From Clostridia bacterium (GTDB taxonomy: Bacteria > Bacillota > Clostridia > TANB77 > CAG-508), in assembly GCA_022798895.1 (NCBI GenBank), contig JAAWNJ010000003.1, positions 1 to 57,145 of the forward strand: DNA of 57,145 nucleotides, in the 5' to 3' direction. A program made the position numbers and the translations under genes. The notes under the pieces were generated by a model. The model worked only from the letters and a program-made list of their open reading frames with translations, was not told where the DNA came from and did no database searches. Shown here one piece after another: positions 9,277 to 20,024 of this stretch (its first letter is position 1; each line of letters starts with the position of its first letter).

Positions 9277-10527
9277 ATGGCAAGAAGTAGAAGAAATAAA
9301 AGAGTGTTTAAAAGAATTGTAGAAGCAATTAGTTGGAAAACTTTTTTTATTGTTACATCTATTTTAGCTGTAATAATTGCGGCTTGTTTAGGAAGCAATA
9401 TATATCGTACAAGTCAAGAAAAGAAATTACTAGCACAGCAAAGAGAAGAACTAGATAAACAAATTGAGGACATCTTTTCTGATACAGTCCAAAATATTTC
9501 AGATGTGAATAGTAAAAAAAGAGATAGCATTATTACTCTTTCAGCAGTAGGAGATATTTTATGCGAAAATGAACTAATAGAAGATGCAAAGCAAGGAAGA
9601 ACATATAATTTTAATCCCATGTTCCAGAATATTACAGGATTTCTAAAACGTAGTGATATTGTATTAGGTACAATGGAAACGAATTTTGTAGATAAAGAAT
9701 ATTCAGGATTTGGATTACGTAATAGCCCAAAAGAGTTTGCAGATGCAGTTAAGAATTCAGGAGTGAATTTAGTTAGCATTAGTACAAACCATAGTTTAGA
9801 TTATGGCATCAGTGGACTAAAACAAACCAAAGAATATTTACAAGATATAGGGTATGACACAGTCGGAGATAATTTAGGGGATAGCAGAGTAACTATTAAA
9901 ACAATAAAAGAAACTAAAATTGCCTTTTTATCCTATACTTGTGTCATGGAAAAACAAGATAAGAAAAAAGAGAATGAATTAGAAGCAGCAAATTTATATA
10001 ATGAAAAAATAGCAAAAGAAGATTTAGACTATGCTAAAGAAAATGCGGATTTTACATTTGTTATTATGCACTGGGGAGATGCCTATAGCAATAAGCCAAA
10101 TAAAGAACAAGAGAAAATAGCAGACTTTTTAATTGAAAATGGTGCAAATGCTATTTTAGGAAATCACTCAGCAGCTATCCAACCAATGCAAGTAAGAAAG
10201 AACCAAGAAGGAGAAAATGTTTTTATTGCCTATTCTTTAGGAAATTATATTTGCGCTGACAATAACGATACATCTAAGGTGGAACTAGTGTTAAATATAG
10301 AACTTCGCAAAAGCGGAGAAGATGGCAAAGTTACATTAAATAAAGTAGACTATACACCAATCTATATGTTAGACAATGGAAAAGATGCACAAAATCGCTA
10401 TGAATTAATAGACATGAAAGGTGTTGCAAAAAGATATGCAAGTGGTGAAGAGACCAATATTAGTAAAGAGACTTACAACAAATTATTAGACGGTTTAAAA
10501 CTATTGCAAAAGGTTATTGAGAAATAG
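9277..10527 (+). CDS. CapA-family metallophosphatase-like protein
   Basis: AVGDI, STNHSLDYG, MHWG, ILGNHS and YSLGNY motifs; N-terminal TM; ATG after AGGAG. Confidence 0.9.
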   Translation: MARSRRNKRVFKRIVEAISWKTFFIVTSILAVIIAACLGSNIYRTSQEKKLLAQQREELDKQIEDIFSDTVQNISDVNSKKRDSIITLSAVGDILCENELIEDAKQGRTYNFNPMFQNITGFLKRSDIVLGTMETNFVDKEYSGFGLRNSPKEFADAVKNSGVNLVSISTNHSLDYGISGLKQTKEYLQDIGYDTVGDNLGDSRVTIKTIKETKIAFLSYTCVMEKQDKKKENELEAANLYNEKIAKEDLDYAKENADFTFVIMHWGDAYSNKPNKEQEKIADFLIENGANAILGNHSAAIQPMQVRKNQEGENVFIAYSLGNYICADNNDTSKVELVLNIELRKSGEDGKVTLNKVDYTPIYMLDNGKDAQNRYELIDMKGVAKRYASGEETNISKETYNKLLDGLKLLQKVIEK

Positions 10528-10535
10528 TGTCAGTT

Positions 10536-10664
10536 TGTCAGTTTGGGGACGTTCCTTTTTGTGACAAAGGTGTCATATAGGGGACACTCCTTAAAAATAA
10601 AAAAGAGAAGGTATGTCCCTAATCTGACAAAAGTGTCACAAAAAGGAACGTCCCCAAACTGACA
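10536..10664. repeat. REP/REPIN-like nested palindromic element (family A)
   Basis: Perfect 31-bp inverted repeat TGTCAGTTTGGGGACGTTCCTTTTTGTGACA (10536-10566 / 10634-10664) enclosing a second degenerate pair. Confidence 0.85.
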
Positions 10665-10679
10665 TGAAAGGAAGCAAAA

Positions 10680-11991
10680 ATGAAAGTAGGATTTATCTCA
10701 CTAGGATGTAACAAGAATTTAGTAGATACAGAAAAAACGATCGCTTTGTTCCAAAATCATCAATATGAAATTGTAAATGATGAGAAACAAGCAGAAATGA
10801 TTGTGATTAATACTTGTGGGTTTATAGAGTCAGCAAAACAAGAAGCTATTAACACGATTCTAGAGATGGCAGAGTATAAAAAGCAAAATTGCAAATATTT
10901 AATTGCAATGGGGTGTTTAGTAGAAAGATATAAAGAAGAGTTAGAAAAGGAAATTCCAGAAGTAGATTTATACATTAAATACAGTGAATATGATAAGTTA
11001 TGGAATAAGATAGAAGAATTAATAGAGAATGAAGCAGAAGAGAGTAAAAGTTCCTTTGATGAATTAACAGATAGAGTAATTACTACAGGAGACAATTATG
11101 CCTATTTAAAAATAGCGGATGGTTGTAGTAATTATTGTACTTATTGTGCTATTCCTAAAATTCGAGGACCTTTGAAAAGTAGAAAAATGGAAAGTATTAT
11201 ACAAGAGGCAAAGGATTTAGCTCGAAAAGGCTACAAGGAAATTATTCTAACAGCACAAGATACCACAAAATATGGAACAGATAATTATGGAAAACCAATG
11301 CTATCTGAATTATTAGAAGAACTTTGTAAGATTTCTGAAATAAAATGGTTTCGCTTTTTATATGCTTATCCAGAGACAATTACCGATGAATTAATTAAAA
11401 CAATAAAGAACCATCCACAGATTTGTCCCTATTTTGATATTCCAATTCAACACATTTCAGATACAGTCTTGAAAAGAATGAACCGTCATAGTAATGGACA
11501 AACTATTCGCAAGTTAATTACAAAACTAAGAAAAGAACTTCCTAATAGTATTTTAAGAACAACAGTTATGGTAGGATTTCCACGGAGAAACAGAGGAAGA
11601 GTTCCAAGAATTATATGACTTTCTAAAAGAAGCAAGATTTGATAAGCTAGGAGCTTTTGCTTATTCTAAAGAAGAAGGAACACCAGCAGCAAAAATGCCA
11701 AATCAAGTTCATTCTCAAACAAAAAAGAGTAGATATCATAAAGTAATGAGTTTACAACAAGAAATTTCTGAGGAAAATCTAAAGCAAAAAGTAGGAAAGA
11801 ACTATGAAGTAATGCTAGAAGGCATGACTAAAAATGGAAAGTACTATGTAGGTAGAAGCTATATGGATACTCCTGAAATTGATGGAGTTATCTATATTCC
11901 TAATACAAAAAGATTACAAACTGGTGAATTTGTAACCTGTAAAATAACGGATATGAAAGAATATGACTTAGTAGGAGAACTAGTGGATTAG
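10680..11991 (+). CDS. rimO: ribosomal protein S12 methylthiotransferase RimO, ~436 aa via a +1 shift at CGG 11583
   Basis: SLGCNKNLVD, CSNYCTYC radical SAM motif; MVGFP|C|GETEEEF; TRAM domain with PEIDG in the +1 frame. Confidence 0.92.
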
Positions 11992-12001
11992 TAATAAAAA
12001 A

Positions 12002-12054
12002 GCGATGTTAACAAATTCTAAATGCTAAAGGCATTAAGAATTTGTAACAATCGC
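12002..12054. terminator. long hairpin between convergent genes
   Basis: GCGAT..ACAAATTCT.AATGC / GCATT.AGAATTTGT..ATCGC. Confidence 0.5.
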
Positions 12055-12090
12055 AATAATTATCTTCTACGGAAATATACACAAATCGCT

Positions 12091-12858
12091 TTAACGATTT
12101 GTGTAATTTCCTAGAATATAAAAATAAGCATTTGTAAGGAAATTTTCTTCCATATAATTTCCAGAATAAATGGTTTTTCCTGTTTCTTTATTTTCCAAAG
12201 GAATTGGAATTTCAAGAGGATAAGAAAATTCTTGACCAGATGTATTTGTTAAATGAATTGTAAAGGAAACTGTATTTTTTAAAGAGGAAAGGATAACTTT
12301 TCCTCTTTTTAAGAGGTTTCCATCAAATACAAGCGGATTCTCAATATCTGTAATCACACAGTTTTCTTTAAAATTTTGATTAAGATAACGAAGTGTGATA
12401 GGAGAAGAAGTGCTAAAATCAATTCTTTCAGTAGGGAGAATATCTATATTATTAGTAGGTGTTTTTCCAAAATCTTCAATTGGTAAATTGATTAAATGAT
12501 AAGTATTTCCCTCTGTGTTAGAGTAAGAAATATTGTCAATATAAATGGTACTGATATTAGGTTGTGAATTAAGGTAGATAGCAATATCTGTATATTGGCT
12601 TAAATTTAGGTCCCATCTGGCTTGCGTTTCTTCCTTGTTTATCCCATAAGCACTGCTATAACAAACTACTTTTTCAATTGAATAATCAGTAGTAGTTTTT
12701 AATTCTGAATGATGCTCTTGTGAAGATTGATTCTTTGGGCGTAAGATAAGAAAAACAAAAGCAGACGAAATGAGAATTAGAAAAATGATAAGGAATATTA
12801 TTCCTTTTGTCTTAAAAAAGTTAGTTTTGGAATTATTTACATTATCTTTGGTTTCCAT
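12091..12858 (-). CDS. hypothetical membrane-anchored protein
   Basis: 255 aa ORF, N-terminal TM helix, AAGGA RBS. Confidence 0.7.
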   Translation of the reverse strand: METKDNVNNSKTNFFKTKGIIFLIIFLILISSAFVFLILRPKNQSSQEHHSELKTTTDYSIEKVVCYSSAYGINKEETQARWDLNLSQYTDIAIYLNSQPNISTIYIDNISYSNTEGNTYHLINLPIEDFGKTPTNNIDILPTERIDFSTSSPITLRYLNQNFKENCVITDIENPLVFDGNLLKRGKVILSSLKNTVSFTIHLTNTSGQEFSYPLEIPIPLENKETGKTIYSGNYMEENFLTNAYFYILGNYTNR

Positions 12859-12987
12859 AGTATTTATCCTTCTTTCAGGGTAACATTTTCAATTAAGATA
12901 TCATAAAATACAACAAAAAGCAATAAGATAGTTGCAACCAAACTAAAGATATGATAAGATAATAATAGAAATTAAATAGATATTATT

Positions 12988-13180
12988 TTTCCCTGCATAG
13001 TGCGTGTAGACTGGAATTTTAGAACCAACAAATGATTAAAGGGAGTCCGCCTTTGAATGTGGCGTGTATGCTTACACCAATAGTTAGTAGTAAGAAACCC
13101 ATGAGCATTCAACAAGACACCCACCTGTGAAAGCAGGCTCTTAAAATTTCATTCACCTTACGGCTAAAGCGGGGCTTTTT
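12988..13180 (+). ncRNA. ssrS: 6S RNA
   Basis: ~190-nt GC-richer intergenic segment; ends pair (CCCTGC/GCGGGG); contains CACCCACCTG..GCAGG..AAAA..ACGGC, resembling Firmicute 6S; T-run at 3' end. Confidence 0.7.
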
Positions 13181-13285
13181 GTACAAAACTATATATCAAT
13201 TTCTCTTATGATTATATATCCTAATTCGTTTAAATAGAAGGTAATATTATAATAGAAAATATTAAATTGAAAGAGAGAAAAAATC

Positions 13286-13951
13286 ATGAAGTGTAATATA
13301 GAATATATTGGAAAGTCAGAAAATGAAATACCACAATATTATTGTACTAATCATAAAGCTTTTGCTTGTGATGAAAAAGGAAATAGACTAGAAGAATGTT
13401 TATGCACTAATAAGGAGCAATTTGACCAGTGTTTAGACTTAAAGCAAAATAAAATAGAGAATATAAAAGTTATTTATCACAATATTTTGGATAATGTAGT
13501 ACCAGATATATTTGTCAATAACAAATTATTTAAGGGAGTATTGGTATTTGAAAATTCTGTATTAAATTATAAAGATTTAGGTGGAATGATGTTAGCAAAG
13601 ATGAATCAAATATCTTTAGAAACTGTGAAATGTAATTATTGCAATCATTATCATTCCGATAATGGGAAATTTGCATATACTCCTCATAGAACACATCTAT
13701 GTCAATACTGTGGACATTTATTTAGTGTAAAAGAGAGAAATATAGGGAACGAGTTTGCAATGATTTGGGATATTCTAGACATTGGACTAGAGAATAAGGA
13801 GATTTCTATTGGAGATATTTGTCATATAGAATATGAGTTGCTAAAAGGAAAACTATTAGTAAATCATGAAAATGTAAATCAACTTGTTATTCAAAATAAG
13901 AAAGTGAGTATAATAGATTTTCTAAATGATATTCTAAAAGATGAATTTTAA
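13286..13951 (+). CDS. hypothetical Cys/His-rich (probable Zn-binding) protein
   Basis: CTNH, CNYCNHYH and HRTHLCQYCGH clusters. Confidence 0.65.
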   Translation: MKCNIEYIGKSENEIPQYYCTNHKAFACDEKGNRLEECLCTNKEQFDQCLDLKQNKIENIKVIYHNILDNVVPDIFVNNKLFKGVLVFENSVLNYKDLGGMMLAKMNQISLETVKCNYCNHYHSDNGKFAYTPHRTHLCQYCGHLFSVKERNIGNEFAMIWDILDIGLENKEISIGDICHIEYELLKGKLLVNHENVNQLVIQNKKVSIIDFLNDILKDEF

Positions 13952-13963
13952 GAACAAGGGATA

Positions 13964-13998
13964 AAAGCAGATAATTAGTTGCTAATTGTCTGCTTTTG
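13964..13998 (+). terminator. intrinsic terminator
   Basis: AAAAGCAGATAATTAG/CTAATTGTCTGCTTTT. Confidence 0.65.
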
Positions 13999-14043
13999 TG
14001 ATAATATGTTAACGAAAATAGAGAACTAAAAGGATATACAATA

Positions 14044-14922
14044 ATGAATCAAAGCCAATTATTAAAATTAGGAAAAGAAAAACTAAAACAAGAAAATATT
14101 GAAGGAGCGGAAAGTAAAGCAAAAAGATTATTAGAATTTGTATTGCAGCAATCAAGAGAGGAAACAATTAGAAATTCATTAGAAGAAGTTTCAGAAATGC
14201 AACACAAAGCCTATGAAGAAAAATTACAAGAAGTAATACAAGGAAAACCATTACAATATATTACACATTTGCAAGAATTCATGGGATTGAGTTTCTATGT
14301 TGATGAAAATGTATTAATTCCTCAGCCAGATACAGAAATTTTAGTAGGACAAGCTCTAGAGAGGATACAAAGTATACAAGGTAGAAGAGTACAAATATTA
14401 GATTTATGTACTGGAAGTGGAGCAATTGCAATATCTATTGCAAAAAAAATGCAAGGAAATGCAGAAGAATATCAAGTGATAGCAACAGATATTAGTGACA
14501 AGGCATTAAAAGTAGCGCAAAAAAATGCAAGGCAAAATCAAGTGCAAAAACAAATCCAATTTTTACAATCTGATATGTTCTCTAATTTAGAAGGAATGGA
14601 ATTTGATATGATTGTATCTAATCCACCATATATAGAAACAAAAGTAATAGATACCTTAAGTAAAGAAGTAAAACAGGAACCTAGAATAGCTTTAGATGGC
14701 GGAGAAGATGGGTTGAAGTTTTATAGGAAGATTTTAGAAAATGCAAGACAATATCTAAAAAAAGAAGGATATGTGCTCTTAGAGATTGGATATGACCAAG
14801 GTGAAAAAATTATAAAGCTATGGCAAGAGTTAAAAGAGAATTGCCAGTTAGCGTTAATAACAAAGGAGCCTATTAGAGACTTAGGAAACAATGACCGTGT
14901 TATGATATTTCAAAAAAGATAA
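14044..14922 (+). CDS. prmC: release factor glutamine methyltransferase
   Basis: PLQYI, VLIPQPDTE, LDLCTGSG, SNPPY, ALDGGEDGL. Confidence 0.95.
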   Translation: MNQSQLLKLGKEKLKQENIEGAESKAKRLLEFVLQQSREETIRNSLEEVSEMQHKAYEEKLQEVIQGKPLQYITHLQEFMGLSFYVDENVLIPQPDTEILVGQALERIQSIQGRRVQILDLCTGSGAIAISIAKKMQGNAEEYQVIATDISDKALKVAQKNARQNQVQKQIQFLQSDMFSNLEGMEFDMIVSNPPYIETKVIDTLSKEVKQEPRIALDGGEDGLKFYRKILENARQYLKKEGYVLLEIGYDQGEKIIKLWQELKENCQLALITKEPIRDLGNNDRVMIFQKR

Positions 14923-14936
14923 AAGAAGGTGAGTAG

Positions 14937-15836
14937 ATGTCATTTTCAAGCGAAGTAAAAGAAGAATTGAATAAGTTAACTAATTTAGCCAATAAGGAAG
15001 CTGTTAAATATGAGTTTTTAGGCTATTTGATGACAAACCATATGACAATAGAGAAAAATAAAATGAAGTTCTCGACAGAAAATGAATATAACATCAATCG
15101 CTTTAGTAAATTGTTAAATAACTTACAACAGACCAAATATGAAATTCAAATTGTAGGAAAGACATTTTCTATTACAACACAAATACCAGAACTAGAAGAG
15201 ATACAAGAGAACTTTATACTAGATTTAGAAAAAATAAGAAAGCAAGTAGAGAAACAAGAAGTATTACAAAAAGCATTGATAAGAGGGTGCTTTTTAGGAA
15301 GTGGCTCTATTAGTAATCCAAAACAAAGCTATCATTTAGAAGTGCTATTTTCTCAAAAAACATATGCGGATTTTATACAAGAACTATTACAAACTTATCA
15401 AATTGTGGTGAAACATGTTATAAAAAATCAAAGCAATGGAATTTATGCGAAAGATGGAGAAGAAATTTCAAAATTTTTGGCTTTCATAGGTGCTAATCAT
15501 TCTGTGCTACAATTTGAAGAGATTAGAGTATATCGCGAAATTCGTGGAAATGTAAATCGAAAAGTGAATTGCGAAACAGCGAATTTAAACAAAATAGTAG
15601 AATCTGCATTAAAGCAAATACAAGCTATTGAAGTATTAAAGCAAAAGGGAAAACTAGAAGATTTATCAGAAGGGTTACAAGAAATTGCGCAGCTTAGAAT
15701 TTTACATCCAGAAGCCTCTTTAATAGAATTAGGAAATATGTTAAAATCACCTATTGGAAAATCAGGAGTAAATCATAGATTAAAAGCTATTGAGAAAATG
15801 GCTGAAGAAATACTTACCAAAGAGAAAAAGAATTAA
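14937..15836 (+). CDS. whiA: DNA-binding protein WhiA
   Basis: MSFSSEVKEEL, RGCFLGSGSISNP, VNRKVNCETANL, KSGVNHRL. Confidence 0.95.
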   Translation: MSFSSEVKEELNKLTNLANKEAVKYEFLGYLMTNHMTIEKNKMKFSTENEYNINRFSKLLNNLQQTKYEIQIVGKTFSITTQIPELEEIQENFILDLEKIRKQVEKQEVLQKALIRGCFLGSGSISNPKQSYHLEVLFSQKTYADFIQELLQTYQIVVKHVIKNQSNGIYAKDGEEISKFLAFIGANHSVLQFEEIRVYREIRGNVNRKVNCETANLNKIVESALKQIQAIEVLKQKGKLEDLSEGLQEIAQLRILHPEASLIELGNMLKSPIGKSGVNHRLKAIEKMAEEILTKEKKN

Positions 15837-15867
15837 AAGATGATTACAGAAAGGTAAGAACATAGAA

Positions 15868-17034
15868 ATGAAAGAAATAGGAATTTATATACACATACCA
15901 TTTTGTAAGAAAAAATGTCATTATTGTGATTTTTGTTCTTATGAAGGAAAAGACAGTTATATTCCAAGATATATGAAATGCTTGAAACGAGAAATCGAGG
16001 AAGTAGGACAAGCGAATAAACAAGATGTAATAGAAGGAAAGGATAATCCATTTTTAGTAAATACTATTTATATAGGAGGAGGAACACCATCACTATTAGA
16101 TAGTAAGTATATTGTAGAAATTATGCAGACAATTTACAAGAATTATGTGGTAGCAGAAGAGGTAGAAACTACAATAGAAGTAAATCCAGGAACAGTGACA
16201 TTAGATAAATTACAAGCCTATTTTGAAAGTGGCATCAATCGTATTAGTATTGGCTTGCAGTCTACTTATGATACTTTGTTAAAGCAATTAGGAAGAATAC
16301 ATACTTATCAAGAGTTTTTAGATACCTATTATTTGGTAAAACAAGTAGGATTTGAGAATATCAACATTGATTTAATGCTAGGATTGCCAAACCAAACTAT
16401 TTGCGAAATTCAAAATTCAGTAGAAGAAGTAATTGGATTAGAGCCTGAACATATTTCATTATATTCTTTGATTGTTGAAGAAGGAACAAGACTAGAAAAA
16501 CAGATACAAAGTGGAGAATTAACTTTACCAGATGAAACATTAGAAAGAGAAATGTATTGGAAAACAAAACAGTTATTAGAAGGAAGCGGATATATCCATT
16601 ACGAAATTTCAAACTTTGCTAAAGAGGGATATCAGTCTAAACATAATAGCGATTGTTGGGAGCAGAAAGAATATATTGGGTTTGGTGCTGGTGCGCATTC
16701 ATATACTAACCGAATTCGCTATTCTAATATAGGAGAAATAGAAGACTATATCAGAAATTATGAAGAGGGGAGAATTGAAAATAACTTTGTTTTTCACGAA
16801 AAGCAAAATCAAGAAGCAGTGCAAAAAGAGTTTATGCTATTAGGTCTTAGAAAAATAGAAGGAATTAGCATACAAGAATTTAAAAATCGTTTTATTGCAA
16901 ATCCTATTTATCTATATCATGAGCAATTAGAGAAATTAGCAAAAGAGGCTTTAGTAGAAATAGATGGAAATACTATCAAATTAACAAAAAGAGGAATTGA
17001 CTTAGCAAACTTGGTGTGGGAAGAGTTTGTATAA
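15868..17034 (+). CDS. hemW: radical SAM heme chaperone HemW (HemN-like)
   Basis: YIHIPFCKKKCHYCDF, GGGTPS, HYEISNF. Confidence 0.92.
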   Translation: MKEIGIYIHIPFCKKKCHYCDFCSYEGKDSYIPRYMKCLKREIEEVGQANKQDVIEGKDNPFLVNTIYIGGGTPSLLDSKYIVEIMQTIYKNYVVAEEVETTIEVNPGTVTLDKLQAYFESGINRISIGLQSTYDTLLKQLGRIHTYQEFLDTYYLVKQVGFENINIDLMLGLPNQTICEIQNSVEEVIGLEPEHISLYSLIVEEGTRLEKQIQSGELTLPDETLEREMYWKTKQLLEGSGYIHYEISNFAKEGYQSKHNSDCWEQKEYIGFGAGAHSYTNRIRYSNIGEIEDYIRNYEEGRIENNFVFHEKQNQEAVQKEFMLLGLRKIEGISIQEFKNRFIANPIYLYHEQLEKLAKEALVEIDGNTIKLTKRGIDLANLVWEEFV

Positions 17035-17123
17035 ATTTGAAAAAATACTTGTAATATTTATAAATTTTATGTATAATAAAAATGCTCTAAGCATAAGAAT
17101 AAAATAAAGAAAATATTGGAGGA

Positions 17124-17447
17124 ATGAAAATGGAAGAAAATAATAACCCAATTCAAGAACCAGGAGTAAAGAAAGAGGAGTATACAGCTCAAACAACACA
17201 AAATGTAGGACAAAGAAAACAAAATTCTATGGCTTTAGCTAGTTTCATCATTGCATTAGTTGGACTTATTGTAGCAGGTTTACCTTGTGGAATAGTAGCT
17301 ATTATTTTAGGTATCGTAGGACTTGTTAAATTTGATGCTACTAAAGAAAAAGGAAAAGGATTTGCTATTGCTGGTTTAGTAGTAGGTGTTATTGATGTAA
17401 TTGCAGTTATCCTTAACATCATTATTCAAGCATCTGCATTATTATAA
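17124..17447 (+). CDS. DUF4190-like membrane protein
   Basis: MALASFII...GIVAIILGIVGL...KGKGFAIAGLVVG. Confidence 0.8.
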   Translation: MKMEENNNPIQEPGVKKEEYTAQTTQNVGQRKQNSMALASFIIALVGLIVAGLPCGIVAIILGIVGLVKFDATKEKGKGFAIAGLVVGVIDVIAVILNIIIQASALL

Positions 17448-17470
17448 GAATAAATTGAAGAAAGATAATA

Positions 17471-17514
17471 AAAATATTAGTATCAATAAAAGAGCATCGA
17501 TACTAATATTTTTT
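17471..17514. terminator. bidirectional terminator
   Basis: AAAATATTAGTATC...GATACTAATATTTT between convergent genes. Confidence 0.65.
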
Positions 17515-17788
17515 ATTCATCTTGTAATTCAGAAATAAAATCTTTCAACATTTCTTCCATGGAAACATTTAAGACTTTGCAAATAGCATAAAATTCGTAT
17601 TCTTTTATAATGCGCTTACCATTTTCAATATTTTGTAAGGAAGGTTTAGGAAGGTCTATTCCCAATAATTGAAGTGAGTTAGATAACTCTGATAAAGAAA
17701 GTTTATTTATTTTTCTATATTCTTTTACTTTTTTACCAACTACATTTAACTTCCCATTATATTTTTTCACATTATTTCTTATATTCAT
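17513..17788 (-). CDS. XRE-family HTH transcriptional regulator
   Basis: VGKKVKEYRK..LSLSELS...SLQNIENGKRII..YAICKVLNVS. Confidence 0.9.
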   Translation of the reverse strand: MNIRNNVKKYNGKLNVVGKKVKEYRKINKLSLSELSNSLQLLGIDLPKPSLQNIENGKRIIKEYEFYAICKVLNVSMEEMLKDFISELQDE

Positions 17789-17841
17789 AATTATTTTCCT
17801 ACTTTTTTATATTTTTACTTGATTTTATACTATCATTATGG

Positions 17842-17871
17842 CATATTCGTATTATCGGTAATACGAATATG
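17842..17871. promoter_or_regulatory. palindromic operator between the divergent XRE gene and the pilin-like gene
   Basis: Perfect 13-bp arms CATATTCGTATTA-tcgg-TAATACGAATATG. Confidence 0.6.
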
Positions 17872-17958
17872 GAAAATTTAATATGTATTTTTAAGATATT
17901 GATGAACTATGTTTTCACAAAAGAAACTTATTAGAAAAATGCAAGGGAGGAAAAATAA

Positions 17959-19737
17959 ATGAAAAATGTAGAAAAACGAGAAAATGGCATCACATTGGTG
18001 GCTTTGGTTGTAACAATAGTGGTATTATTGATACTAGCAGGAATAACCATTACTTATGTGTTTGGAGATAATGGAGTATTTGGCCAAGCATCAGATGCAA
18101 AAGTGAAAACAGAAATAGCAAAAATAGAGGAAAGAGCTCAAATGATATATAATAGTTTATTAGCAACAAGATATCAAGGAGGTTCTAATAAAACAATTAC
18201 AACGGAGGATATAGTAAAAGAATTAGAAGCAGAAGGATATCTCGTAGAAAAAGTAAATATTGCAGGAAATTCTATAGAAGGGATAACTGTGGAACCAAAA
18301 CAAATTATTTTAGCTAAAAATGGAGTAGGAGAAGTAGAGGTAAAGTATCAAGAAAAAGAAGATAATTTTGTATATTATGTAGTAGTTGATGGAAGCTATT
18401 ATGAAATCAAATTAATTAATTCAGGAATAACAGTAAAACAAGTAGAAAAAACATCAGAGGGAATAATAGTAAAAAACAATTTAGAGATAGAAGGTAATTA
18501 TAATACAGAAATAGTAAAAAATATAGAAAAGGATGAAAATAGAATTACAATAATAGCAGGAGAAGGAAGCACAACAATAACTATAAAATGTGGAGAATAT
18601 AAAGATACTCTCGAAGTGAAAATAGCACCACAGGCAACCAAAATAAAAGCCAAAGCAATCAATATGTTAGAAGAAAGTAGTGGGCAAATAGAAGTAATAT
18701 TAGAACCAAGTGATGCAGTGGCAACTTTAAGCTATACTACTACAGATACTAGTAAAATAACAGTAAATGAAGAAGGATTAGTAATCAGTAAAAAACTAAA
18801 TACAACTACATTACGAGATACAGCAATAGTAACAGTTACTGATGAACAAACAGGAAAAACAACAACGTGCAATGTAACGATAGAAGCTTTAAAAGGGACA
18901 TACATAGAATATGATGTTAGTTATATTGATATGGTAAAAGGATACAACTTTACAAAAGAAAATGGTTGGAGAATGCTAAGCTATGTGAAAAATGATGACG
19001 GAACATATTCTAATATAGAATTAATTAGTACAGGATATCCAGTAGAATTTTTTTATTATTATAATCAAAAAAACAACGAATGGTTCGTAACTTCAACAAA
19101 TACGAATGTAATGCCAAATTTAACAACATTTAAAAGAGAAGTATTACAATATACAAATTATGCAGGTACTGATACTAATTATGCTTTACAGGCGGCAGCT
19201 GGATTATATTACAATTTTGGAAAAATAAAATTTAGGTATGATACAGCACGTAATAATAGTATATACAACCAAGGTTGGTACAAATCAATAACAAATGAAA
19301 TAACATATGATAGTTCTACTGGTAAAGTTGCACGACAAGCAGGCAATGAATTATTTGTAAAACAAGGTGTTTCATCAGGAATTAGAGTGTTAACTTTACC
19401 AGAAGTTAACAAAGGACTAGGAAGGGGTGCAACTTCTGTAACTCAATTTAAGTCAGATAAAACGGGAATATTTTATCCAGGGAATTTGGAGAATGTTCCG
19501 ATTTTAGGAAGATTAAATTTAGCCTTTGGAAATGCCAGGTGTCTGTTGGCTTCTCCTTATCCAAATCCTGAATGGGCTCCAAGGTGCTTGGCAACTTTGG
19601 GAGAGGGGGGGAGTGTTTCTCACGTCAGTCATGAATTAGTTGGGTCATACATTCGCCCAGTAGTAAAGCTGGTAGACAAAAACTATGAAATAGAAGCCGT
19701 TAACAATGGCTCATATCGCTTAATACCAAAAGAATAG
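17959..19737 (+). CDS. large type IV pilin-like protein (class III signal peptide) with Ig-like domain
   Basis: ENG|ITLVALVVTIVVLLILAGITI prepilin-like N-terminus; Ig-like segment (LEPSDA..LSYTT..ITVNEEGLV..TTTCNVTI). Confidence 0.8.
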   Translation: MKNVEKRENGITLVALVVTIVVLLILAGITITYVFGDNGVFGQASDAKVKTEIAKIEERAQMIYNSLLATRYQGGSNKTITTEDIVKELEAEGYLVEKVNIAGNSIEGITVEPKQIILAKNGVGEVEVKYQEKEDNFVYYVVVDGSYYEIKLINSGITVKQVEKTSEGIIVKNNLEIEGNYNTEIVKNIEKDENRITIIAGEGSTTITIKCGEYKDTLEVKIAPQATKIKAKAINMLEESSGQIEVILEPSDAVATLSYTTTDTSKITVNEEGLVISKKLNTTTLRDTAIVTVTDEQTGKTTTCNVTIEALKGTYIEYDVSYIDMVKGYNFTKENGWRMLSYVKNDDGTYSNIELISTGYPVEFFYYYNQKNNEWFVTSTNTNVMPNLTTFKREVLQYTNYAGTDTNYALQAAAGLYYNFGKIKFRYDTARNNSIYNQGWYKSITNEITYDSSTGKVARQAGNELFVKQGVSSGIRVLTLPEVNKGLGRGATSVTQFKSDKTGIFYPGNLENVPILGRLNLAFGNARCLLASPYPNPEWAPRCLATLGEGGSVSHVSHELVGSYIRPVVKLVDKNYEIEAVNNGSYRLIPKE

Positions 19738-20024
19738 AAATTTAAGTGTGTAAAATGTAGTAATAATTAGACAGAATTTCTAAAAGACAACAAAATGGAG
19801 GACAGAGAGAAAAGACATATAATAGAGTAGAAAAACATACAAAAATTTGCATGTTTTTTCAAAGGACATGACCAAAAAAGAAAAACTTTTTTTCTGAAAA
19901 TCAAAAAAATTATTAGGTATTATACTAGACGAAGTCAAATTTTAAGGTGAAATTTGGAAGATTGCAATAGCAAAGGTTGAAAATGGTAAGCCTAAGATCA
20001 TGTTGACAAAAAAATCATACTTTT

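Noticed and set aside
10527-10664. Possible CRISPR array or toxin-antitoxin RNA
   Set aside because: The repeats are inverted and dispersed, not direct repeats with unique spacers, and there are no cas genes.
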